NCBI GenBank assembly: GCA_965277805.1 | Contig: OZ255842.1 | Location: 704,001 to 768,000 of the forward strand | DNA from: Candidatus Lustribacter sp. | GTDB lineage: Bacteria > Vulcanimicrobiota > Vulcanimicrobiia > Vulcanimicrobiales > Vulcanimicrobiaceae | DNA: 64,000 bases | Reading direction: 5' to 3' | Shown: in pieces, positions 47,807 through 55,749 of the stretch | Layout of the letters: each line of letters opens with the position of its first letter | Position numbering within the stretch: position 1 is the first letter of the stretch | Program-made: the position numbers and the translations under genes | Notes under the pieces: model-generated | What the model was told of the DNA's origin: nothing | Databases searched by the model: none | What the model saw: only the letters and a program-made list of their open reading frames with translations

Positions 47807-49543
47807 ATGCGAATTCTGCGTTCGGCGGCCCTGGTGCTCGTTGGGGTTCTCGCCGGCTGCGGCGGCGGTGGCGGTGCCACGCCTGCCGCGCAAGGGGCCG
47901 GGTCGGGCGCGCAAGGCGCAGGGACGATGTCGTTCAAGCTGACTGTCCCGGCCGCATCGACGACGAGCAGTTCCGTGCGGCGGACCGCGGCAATCACCCC
48001 GGCGACCGGCGGCGTGCTCATGCAAGCGTACGCGCACACCGACACGGCCCACGCGAACCCGATCGCAAGCGGCGCCTTCGACATCTCGAGCGGCTCGAGT
48101 CTTTGCGTGACCGGTCCGCCGCGGCTGTGCACCTTATCGCTCAGCGTGCCGGCCGGCTCGGTCGATATCGTCGCAACGACGTATGATGCCGCACCGGTCT
48201 CGGGCGCGTTCACCACGGCCCACGTGCTGGGTCAAGGCACGATCTTCGGCGTCATGGTCCTTCAGAATGCCACGAATGCGTTGAACCTCGTCGTCGGCGG
48301 CACCGTCGCTTCGGTTGCCGTAACGCCGGCGACGCAGACGGTCGCGATGTCGGCGCCGTCAAACTACAGCCTCAGCTTTACCGCTCGCGACGCGCAAAAC
48401 GAAGTGATCATCGCGGGGGCGAACACCGTCACCAACGGTGCGGGCAATACGGAAACCGACACGTTTTCCAATCCGATCGTCTTTCACGTCAGCGAAAGCG
48501 GCGGCACGGGGCATACGTTGCTTTCGCTCGACGGCGGAACGCACGCGCCGTCCGTCAGCGCGACCAAATCGTCGGACACGATCACCGTGTTTTACGACGG
48601 AGCCGCCGCAGCGGGTTATATTGCGACGATTTCTGCGACGGCCGCCGGTGCGAGCGCCGCGAGCGTGTCGATGAACCTCAACTCCGCCACCTCGATCTAT
48701 ATTGCAAATCGCAACACCGGCAGCGTCTTGGTCTTTCCGCTCAATGGGCCGTTCGGGAACGTCGCGCCCTCCCGGTCGGTCGGCGGTTCGAATAGCCCGC
48801 TCACCGATCCGGTCGGTTTGACCGTCGACGCGGCAGGCAACATTTACACCGAGGACGACAGCGGCACAACGGTCATCGTCTTTACGCCGGGCCAAACCGG
48901 CAACGTCGTCGCGTCGCGGACGTTCATGTCGATGACTGGTGCCTCGAGTGAAGGCCTCACGGTCGACGGATCGGGGAATCTGTACCAATCGTCGTACGGC
49001 ACTCCGTCGGTGCTGCTCCTGCCGTCAAATTCGTCCGGCACCGTCCCGCCGACACGCAACCTCACCGGGCCGGCGACGACGTTGAACCAACCCATCGGCG
49101 TGACCCTCGATAGCTCGAACAATCTCTACGTTGCGGATCGCAGCGGTCAGGCGATCGATGTCTTTGCGCCGGGCGCGACCGGTAACACGGCGCCGGCAAG
49201 CGTCATCACGGGCCCGGCGACAATGCTTTCAGACCCCGTCGCGGTGGCCATCGACGGAACCGGGCGCATCCTCGTCGCAAACGAATTTACCGGCATCACG
49301 ATCTATTCCAGCGGCGCGAGTGGAAACGTTGCCCCGGTAGCTTCGATCAGCGGTTCGAATACGCTTTTTGTGTCGCTGAGCGGTATCGGCGTCGATCCGA
49401 GCGGCGGATTTTGGGTTTCCGATCCGTCCGGCAATCAGCTCTTGAAATTCGCGACGAATGCGAACGGAAACGTCGCGCCGATCGCAACGATTTCCGGGGG
49501 CGCCACGGGCCTCGGCGACCCGCAGCAACTGACGATTCGTTAA
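47807..49543 (+). CDS. Lipoprotein with Ig-like N-region and NHL-type beta-propeller
   Basis: Lipobox LAGC. Six repeats of G(N/T)(V/T)(A/P/V)P...G...L..P.G...D..G..Y. Confidence 0.82.
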   Translation: MRILRSAALVLVGVLAGCGGGGGATPAAQGAGSGAQGAGTMSFKLTVPAASTTSSSVRRTAAITPATGGVLMQAYAHTDTAHANPIASGAFDISSGSSLCVTGPPRLCTLSLSVPAGSVDIVATTYDAAPVSGAFTTAHVLGQGTIFGVMVLQNATNALNLVVGGTVASVAVTPATQTVAMSAPSNYSLSFTARDAQNEVIIAGANTVTNGAGNTETDTFSNPIVFHVSESGGTGHTLLSLDGGTHAPSVSATKSSDTITVFYDGAAAAGYIATISATAAGASAASVSMNLNSATSIYIANRNTGSVLVFPLNGPFGNVAPSRSVGGSNSPLTDPVGLTVDAAGNIYTEDDSGTTVIVFTPGQTGNVVASRTFMSMTGASSEGLTVDGSGNLYQSSYGTPSVLLLPSNSSGTVPPTRNLTGPATTLNQPIGVTLDSSNNLYVADRSGQAIDVFAPGATGNTAPASVITGPATMLSDPVAVAIDGTGRILVANEFTGITIYSSGASGNVAPVASISGSNTLFVSLSGIGVDPSGGFWVSDPSGNQLLKFATNANGNVAPIATISGGATGLGDPQQLTIR

Positions 49544-49546
49544 TCG

Positions 49547-49966
49547 TCAGCGCGCGTCGCGCGTCTCGCGATCGTTCTCACGTTCCAATGCTTGGGCCAG
49601 CTCGGCCTTCGTCATGCGCGTCGTGACGGCGATCTCGCGCCGCTTCGCTTCGTCGAAGAGATCCTGTTTGGTGCGGCCTTCGACGTCGACCCCGCCGTAG
49701 GACGGACCGCTCGCGTTCGGACCGCCTTCCTTTGAACGCGGGTCGGACGGGCCCCGTTCATCTTTCGGTTCCCAATGGTCGCCGCGTTTTTCGAATGAGT
49801 GCTTGACCGACGCCCACGCCGCGCGGTGGGCGCGTGCCTCGTCGCCGTGATAGGTCTCCTCGGCATGTTCGAGCGTCGCTTCGTACGTGTCTTGGGCTTT
49901 TTTTGACGAGCGCTCCAGCGTCGACGGGAGCGAAGCGAACTCGCCGTGTTTTCCTTTGCTTGGCAT
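49547..49966 (-). CDS. chaB: ChaB family protein with C-terminal Rho-N-like helical tail
   Basis: GAGG RBS, LPSTL.RS..KAQ.T, RAHR.AW..VK..FEK.GD.W..K and TK..L...A.......MTK.EL. Confidence 0.82.
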   Translation of the reverse strand: MPSKGKHGEFASLPSTLERSSKKAQDTYEATLEHAEETYHGDEARAHRAAWASVKHSFEKRGDHWEPKDERGPSDPRSKEGGPNASGPSYGGVDVEGRTKQDLFDEAKRREIAVTTRMTKAELAQALERENDRETRDAR

Positions 49967-49994
49967 CTCTATTTCCTCGCGTCTTGGACGGCAT

Positions 49995-50020
49995 ATACCG
50001 TAGGGCCGGCTGTTAGAAAC
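49995..50020 (-). promoter_or_regulatory. Candidate SigB/SigF-type promoter for chaB (GTTT-N16-CGGTAT)
   Basis: Minus strand reads GTTT ctaacagccggcccta CGGTAT, ending 28 nt before the ATG. One mismatch to GGGTAT. Confidence 0.4.
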
Positions 50021-50066
50021 GGGTCTGCCTCCGCCGCGCGGCTGACCGTGTTATGAGGAGGGCACC

Positions 50067-50912
50067 ATGGCCGATTCCGCTCTGCGCCTTCCCACCAACG
50101 CCCCCGGCGACGTGTACGTCGACCGGACGTGCATCGATTGCGATACGTGCCTGCACCTCGCGCCGGCGGTCTTTGACAGCAGCGGCGGGCGCTCGTATGT
50201 CCGCCGGCAGCCGCAAGGCGCGGACGACCTCGCCGCGACGCTGCGCGCGGTCGTCGCTTGTCCGGTCGGCGCGATCGGCGATGAACGTCACCGCTCGCTC
50301 GCCGCTGCAGCGGCATCGTTTCCGCTGCGGATTGACGGGCCGGTGTCGGAGCTCGGATTCCACGCGCGCTCGTCCTACGGTGCGAGCAGTTATCTGCTGG
50401 AACTGCCGGGCGCCAATTGGATGATCGATTCGCCGCGCTGGAACGCCGGTCTCGCGGCGGCGATCGAGCGGCTTGGCGGCGTATCGAAGATCTTCCTGAC
50501 GCATCAGGACGACGTCGCCGACGCGGCGCGGTACGCGAAGCGCTTCGGCGCGCAGCGGATCATTCACGCGCGCGATCGCTCGGCCATGCCCGATGCCGAG
50601 ATCGTGATCGACGGCGATGATGCCGTGACCATCGGTCCGTGCACCATCGTTCCGACGCCGGGTCATACGCGCGGTCATTGCGTGCTGCACTACGGCGACT
50701 ATTTATTTACCGGCGACCACTTGGCGTGGGACGCACAACGCGCGGAGCTGACGGCCCACCGCAACGTGTGCTGGTACGATTGGCCGACGCAGCTGCGTTC
50801 GGTCGCGCGCCTGCGCGAGCTCTCGTTTTCGTGGATTCTTCCCGGCCACGGCGAACGGGTGCACCTGGATCCGCCGGCTATGCGCGCGCTGTTGAGCAAC
50901 GTCGCCGCCTAA
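50067..50912 (+). CDS. Ferredoxin-domain/metallo-beta-lactamase-fold fusion protein
   Basis: GAGGAGG RBS, CIDCDTC...CP Fe-S motif, THQDD, PGHT.G, TGDH and PGHG. Confidence 0.88.
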   Translation: MADSALRLPTNAPGDVYVDRTCIDCDTCLHLAPAVFDSSGGRSYVRRQPQGADDLAATLRAVVACPVGAIGDERHRSLAAAAASFPLRIDGPVSELGFHARSSYGASSYLLELPGANWMIDSPRWNAGLAAAIERLGGVSKIFLTHQDDVADAARYAKRFGAQRIIHARDRSAMPDAEIVIDGDDAVTIGPCTIVPTPGHTRGHCVLHYGDYLFTGDHLAWDAQRAELTAHRNVCWYDWPTQLRSVARLRELSFSWILPGHGERVHLDPPAMRALLSNVAA

Positions 50913-50921
50913 GCTCCGCAT

Positions 50922-50948
50922 TTCCAGGGAACTGCCCGATCCCTGGAA
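50922..50948. promoter_or_regulatory. Perfect 9-bp inverted repeat (TTCCAGGGA-N9-TCCCTGGAA), operator or hairpin
   Basis: Lies in the 49-nt gap between two co-directional genes. No U-tract. Confidence 0.45.
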
Positions 50949-50961
50949 GAAGGTTCGCGCG

Positions 50962-52116
50962 TTGAAGGCTTTCTTGCTCGCCCTTTCGATTGCGCTCGGT
51001 GCACCGCTTGCCGCAACGGCGGAGCCGCCGGTGATCGTACCGGTGATTCTGCCGGTCACCGGCGGCAACGCGTTTGCGGGCAGCGGTCAACGCACCGCAT
51101 TAGCGTTGCTTGGGGAACTCGTCAACCGCGGCGGCGGGATTCGCGGCCGCAGTATCGTGTTCGACGTACACGACTCCGGTTCGAATTCGCAGGTCGCGGT
51201 GCAACTGCTGCACCAGTTCGTCGGCCCCGACACGCCGGTCTTCATCGGCGATTCGTCGCTGGCGACCTGCGCTGCCATTGCAGCTCAGGTGCAGGACGCG
51301 GGACCGGTCGATTTCTGCCTTTCGCCCGGGCTCGTGACGAAGCCGAACGGATTCTCGTTCGCGCCCGGTCATCCGTCGACGCAGATCGCGGCCGGCGTGC
51401 TCGGCTATCTGCGCGCCAAACACGTGAAGCGCGTGGCGCTGATCGTGGCCACCGACGCCACCGGCATTTCGATGGACGGCTACTTCGTCGACGTGTTCGC
51501 GAAGCCGCAGAACCGCGATCTCACGCTCGTCACGCGCGAACACTTCAATCCGGCCGATCTCAGCGTGGACGCGCAGATTACGCGGATCAAAGCCGCCGGC
51601 GCGCAAGCGATCATCGCTTACACGAGCGGCGCGACATTCGGAACCGTGCTGCACGGTCTGAACGACGTCGGCCTCACCGTTCCGGTCATCACGAGCCAAG
51701 GGAACTTGTCGTACGCTTTCCTCGAGCAGTACAAAGCGGTGCTGCCGCGGGAACTGCTCTTCGTATCCGGGCCGTTGCCCTCGGCCGGTGAGGCGGTTCC
51801 GGACGGCCCCTTCAAATCGGCGCAGCTCGCATATCTCGCTGCCTTCAGCAACACGAAGATCAAACCGGATTTCTCCCAAGCGGTCGCGTGGGATGCGGGA
51901 ACGATCATCGTGGCCGCGCTGCGCAAGCTCGGCCCGCAGGCGACCGCCGAGCAGGTGCGCAGTTACGTGACGGGTCTGCATGACTTTCCCGGCGTGCAGG
52001 GGATGTATGATTTTCGCAACGGAGATGGCCATGGTGCTCCCGATTTGAGCATGCTGCAATGGGACCCGGGCAAGAACGCCTGGTTTATCGCGTCGGGCGT
52101 CGGAGCACGTAAATGA
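50962..52116 (+). CDS. ABC substrate-binding protein, LivJ/LivK type
   Basis: Signal peptide, ILPVTG, GGI.GR.I, TDATG and EHFNPADLSV.AQ. Confidence 0.88.
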   Translation: MKAFLLALSIALGAPLAATAEPPVIVPVILPVTGGNAFAGSGQRTALALLGELVNRGGGIRGRSIVFDVHDSGSNSQVAVQLLHQFVGPDTPVFIGDSSLATCAAIAAQVQDAGPVDFCLSPGLVTKPNGFSFAPGHPSTQIAAGVLGYLRAKHVKRVALIVATDATGISMDGYFVDVFAKPQNRDLTLVTREHFNPADLSVDAQITRIKAAGAQAIIAYTSGATFGTVLHGLNDVGLTVPVITSQGNLSYAFLEQYKAVLPRELLFVSGPLPSAGEAVPDGPFKSAQLAYLAAFSNTKIKPDFSQAVAWDAGTIIVAALRKLGPQATAEQVRSYVTGLHDFPGVQGMYDFRNGDGHGAPDLSMLQWDPGKNAWFIASGVGARK

Positions 52117-52144
52117 CGAACGGCGCGGAGGAAGACTGCCGCTG

Positions 52145-53389
52145 ATGTTGAGCCGCGAAGAGAACGAACTGCTGTGCCGGGTCGGCCCGGAAACGCCGAT
52201 GGGCCGCATGATGCGGCGCTACTGGCTGCCGATCGCGATGAGCACCGAGCTCGCGATAGGCGCGCCCAAGCGGGTGCTCCTGTTGGGTGAGAACTACGTT
52301 GCGTACCGCGGTGGAGACGGAACGGTCGGATTTCTCGATGAGCTGTGTCCGCATCGCGGCGCTTCGCTCGTGCTCGCGCGCACCGAAGGCTGCGCGCTGC
52401 GCTGCATCTACCATGGCTGGCTCGTGCACCGCGACGGTGCGGTGCTCGAGATGCCGGCCGAACCGGAAGGCACCGCGTTCACCGCCAAGGTGCGCCAGCC
52501 GTCGTACGCAGTGCACGAGCATGCCGGGCTCGTGTGGGCCTACGTCGGGCCGCCCGAAGCGCGTCCGCCGGTCCCGGATTTCGCGTTCGGCCGCGTTCCC
52601 GCGAGCCATCGCGTCGAAGCGAAGCATCGCGTCGACTGCAACTGGACGCAAGCGGTCGAGGGCGCGATCGACAGCGCCCACTCCAGCTACCTGCACTCCG
52701 ATGACATCGTCGGCAACAGCAGCGTCGCGCACTCGAACACCGAGGGACGGCAAACGGAGCGGCCCTCGCGCGACGGTCGTCCGCGCATCCAGACGGAAGA
52801 TACGCCGTACGGCTTCTACTATGCGGCGCTCCGCAAGCCGATCGTCGATCCCGAACTCAACACCTATGCGCGCATCACGCACTTCATCGCGCCGTTCACG
52901 GCCGTCATTCCGCTGGGCCAGCTGCAGAACGTGCAGATGTTCTGTCCGATCGATGACGAGCACACCTATCACTACAACGTGAAGTTCGGCCCCGCGCCGC
53001 TCACACCGGAGCAGCGGCGCCGGCTGGAGCCGCAGGACCAAACCGACGGCGACTTCGGCACCGCCCGCCGGCGCGAGAACAACTGGCTTCAAGACCGCGA
53101 AGCGATGAAGACCAAGAACTACACCGGCATCGACGTCGTACGCAATCAGGACACGGCCGTGCAAGAGAGCATGGGCCCGATCTTCGACCGCAGCAAGGAG
53201 CACCTCGGGGTCAGCGACACCGCGATCATCCGCATGCGCCGGCGGATGCTCGATTCGGTGCGCGGCTTCGCCGCCGGGTCAGAGCCGCTCGGGCTAAGCG
53301 CGAATTACGCCGACGTGCTCGGCGTCGAGGGCATTCTGCCGCTCACGGCGCCGTGGCAGCAGCTGCTCGCTCAGCCGACGACCGCGTAG
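52145..53389 (+). CDS. Rieske oxygenase, phthalate 4,5-dioxygenase-like alpha subunit
   Basis: GGAGG RBS, CPHRG...CIYHGW, EGAIDSAHSSYLH and QD.A.QESMG...DRS.EHLG.SD. Confidence 0.93.
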   Translation: MLSREENELLCRVGPETPMGRMMRRYWLPIAMSTELAIGAPKRVLLLGENYVAYRGGDGTVGFLDELCPHRGASLVLARTEGCALRCIYHGWLVHRDGAVLEMPAEPEGTAFTAKVRQPSYAVHEHAGLVWAYVGPPEARPPVPDFAFGRVPASHRVEAKHRVDCNWTQAVEGAIDSAHSSYLHSDDIVGNSSVAHSNTEGRQTERPSRDGRPRIQTEDTPYGFYYAALRKPIVDPELNTYARITHFIAPFTAVIPLGQLQNVQMFCPIDDEHTYHYNVKFGPAPLTPEQRRRLEPQDQTDGDFGTARRRENNWLQDREAMKTKNYTGIDVVRNQDTAVQESMGPIFDRSKEHLGVSDTAIIRMRRRMLDSVRGFAAGSEPLGLSANYADVLGVEGILPLTAPWQQLLAQPTTA

Positions 53390-53760
53390 GCTTCGAGCTG
53401 GATCACCACGTTCCGGCGGAAGTGATCGTACTCGGTCACGTGCCGCGCCGGACGCGAGTGCTCGTCGGGAAAATACGCGACCCACTGCTTGTTGATCTCA
53501 TCGCGCAGTCCCAGCGATTTCACGGCGATGCTGATCTTCACGACGTCGTCCATCGATGCGCCCGCCGCTTTCATGATGCGCTCAAGGTTTTTGAATGCGT
53601 TCGCGACTTGCGCGGCTTCGTCGTCGGGTGCCTTGCCGGTTTCGAGATCGCCCCCGCCGACGCCGCCGGTCATCACGACGTTGCCGACGCGCGATGCGAG
53701 CGGAATGGGATTGTCTCCATGGCGGAGTCCGTCGATCTCGATGCTCTTGCGATTGCTCAT
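53371..53760 (-). CDS. RidA/YjgF family protein
   Basis: PIP.ASRVG, N..W..YFPD..SRPAR and QLE. Confidence 0.88.
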   Translation of the reverse strand: MSNRKSIEIDGLRHGDNPIPLASRVGNVVMTGGVGGGDLETGKAPDDEAAQVANAFKNLERIMKAAGASMDDVVKISIAVKSLGLRDEINKQWVAYFPDEHSRPARHVTEYDHFRRNVVIQLEAYAVVG

Positions 53761-53785
53761 GCGGCGCGGTTCGCGAGCGTGCGCA

Positions 53786-54751
53786 TCATTTCCGGCGCGT
53801 CAGCGGCATGCTCGGTGCGAGGACCCCGCTCAGGTCGATGTGCTGCGTGATGATGCCCCACTTGTAGGCAAAATCCAACGGCGCTTGCAGTTCCGCGAGC
53901 GTGACCGTTTCGGCGGTGGTCGAGCGGAAGCCGTCGGCGAGCGCAACCGGATCCTGGCCCGAAAAGGCCGCCACCAAGCCGAGCGTTTCGTCTTGGTGCG
54001 CGTTCGTGTAGTGCGCGGCCTCGGTAAGACCGGCGACGAAGCCGTTGACGATATCGGGATTCTTTGCGATGTAATCGACCGTTGCGACCCAGCAGGACAC
54101 GAGATAGAGCGGTGCGATCGCATCGTAGGGTGCGCCGAGCACGCGGAACTTCCCCGATTTCTGCGCGAGACCCAAGTACGGCGGCTTGAGCGTTGCCATG
54201 TCGATGCGGCCCGCGTCGAGCGCCTCGAGCGCTTCGATGGGTTTCACCTCGACCGTGCGCAGCGATTTCCCGTCGCCACCGCGCTGGTCGAGCCAGGCGC
54301 GGGTTGCCGCGATGCCGATATCGTTGACGGCGTCGCCGCCGATGATCTTGCCGTTGAGATCGCGCGGCGCTCGAATGGGCGCGTCCTTGCGCACGAGCAG
54401 GAACGCATCCGGCCTCGCACTCGTGTATACCGACGCCGGCGCGATGATGCGCAGCGGCAGACCGCGAGCGTAGGCTTGATAGACCGGCCACAAGCTGCCC
54501 GAACCGATATCCGCCGAGCCGCCGACGATGGCGGCATAAATCGCGGCGCCGCTCCCCATCGCGACGATGTTCGCGTCGATCCCGCGCTTGCGGAAGAGCC
54601 CGGCTTTCTGCGCGTAGAGCACCGACTTCGCGCCGTCGGTCGGCAGCTCGAGCACGCGCACCGCGTGCAGTTCTTGCGCGCCGGCCGGTGTGGTTGCTTG
54701 ACCGAGCGCCGCGACCGTCGCCAGCTTGATGAAATCACCGCGCTGCAGCAA
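53786..54751 (-). CDS. ABC substrate-binding protein, NitT/TauT
   Basis: AGGGGGG before TTG, Tat-like leader QRGDFIK, WLD..GGD and GRID.A. Confidence 0.86.
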   Translation of the reverse strand: MLQRGDFIKLATVAALGQATTPAGAQELHAVRVLELPTDGAKSVLYAQKAGLFRKRGIDANIVAMGSGAAIYAAIVGGSADIGSGSLWPVYQAYARGLPLRIIAPASVYTSARPDAFLLVRKDAPIRAPRDLNGKIIGGDAVNDIGIAATRAWLDQRGGDGKSLRTVEVKPIEALEALDAGRIDMATLKPPYLGLAQKSGKFRVLGAPYDAIAPLYLVSCWVATVDYIAKNPDIVNGFVAGLTEAAHYTNAHQDETLGLVAAFSGQDPVALADGFRSTTAETVTLAELQAPLDFAYKWGIITQHIDLSGVLAPSMPLTRRK

Positions 54752-54855
54752 GCAAATGGCCCCCCTGAATGCCGCGTCGGGTGTTCTGCGGTCGATTCGC
54801 GGTCCCTCGCGCGGGCCACACAGGGACGCGGACCGGTGCGGGAAAGTAGCGGGTT

Positions 54856-55749
54856 ATGGACGTTCGCGAAACGGAACTGCTGAAAGACCGCGTCGTTGTG
54901 ATCACCGGCGGCGCTCGCGGCATGGGTCGCGCTTACACGCACGCGTTTCTGAAGGCCGGTGCGAGGGTCGTCTCGACCGATCGCTCGTGGAACGGCGTCG
55001 AACCGCTCGACGATGCGCTGACCAACGGCGGCCGCAGCGCGCTGGCGGCCGATATGGACGTTACGAACGAAGAGCAGCTCGATGCCGTCTACGCGCAGAC
55101 GATCGAGCGCTTCGGCACGGTCGACGTGCTGATCAACAACGCCGGCCTGCGCCAGCGCGATCTCTTTCCGCCGAGCGGCCGCGTCACGACGCTCCAGACG
55201 AAAGATTCCGACTGGGAGAAGTCGTTTGCGGTCAACGTGTTCGGCGCGCTCAAAGTAACGCGCCGCTTCATCCGCCCAATGATCGAACAGCGTCGCGGCA
55301 GCATCATCAACATCGTCAGCAGCGGTATCCTGCACCACTCGCACGGCGGCGCGTATATGGCGCTGCGTCCGAACAGCCAAGAGATGCCGTATCAGTCGGG
55401 CAAGGCCGCGCTCGCCACGATGAGCTTCTACCTGGCCGATGAGGTCAAGCAGCACAACGTCGCGGTGAACATCCTCATTCCGGGCCACACGCGAACGACG
55501 GGCTTCGACGAGCAAAACATCGCGCGCATGAAAAACGGCGCGACGCAGACCGGACCCAAGCCGCTCGTCCCCGAACACATGGTACCGATTGCGCTGCATC
55601 TCGCGGCCCAGCCGAACGGCCTGGTTACCGGCAAGATGTTCGACGTTCAGACCTGGAACATCGAGCACGGTCTCGGTGACCAGGAGCACTGGCGCGATAC
55701 GTCGTTCTCCTACGAAGCGTTGCGCGCCAGCATTGCGGTCGCGCCATGA
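54856..55749 (+). CDS. SDR family oxidoreductase
   Basis: TGGARGMG, NNAG, catalytic YQSGK and PG. Confidence 0.9.
   Translation: MDVRETELLKDRVVVITGGARGMGRAYTHAFLKAGARVVSTDRSWNGVEPLDDALTNGGRSALAADMDVTNEEQLDAVYAQTIERFGTVDVLINNAGLRQRDLFPPSGRVTTLQTKDSDWEKSFAVNVFGALKVTRRFIRPMIEQRRGSIINIVSSGILHHSHGGAYMALRPNSQEMPYQSGKAALATMSFYLADEVKQHNVAVNILIPGHTRTTGFDEQNIARMKNGATQTGPKPLVPEHMVPIALHLAAQPNGLVTGKMFDVQTWNIEHGLGDQEHWRDTSFSYEALRASIAVAP

Noticed and set aside
54790-54834. GC-rich hairpins in divergent gaps (54790-54834; also 45202-45239)
   Set aside because: Plausible by chance at this GC content, with no U-tract or recognisable motif.
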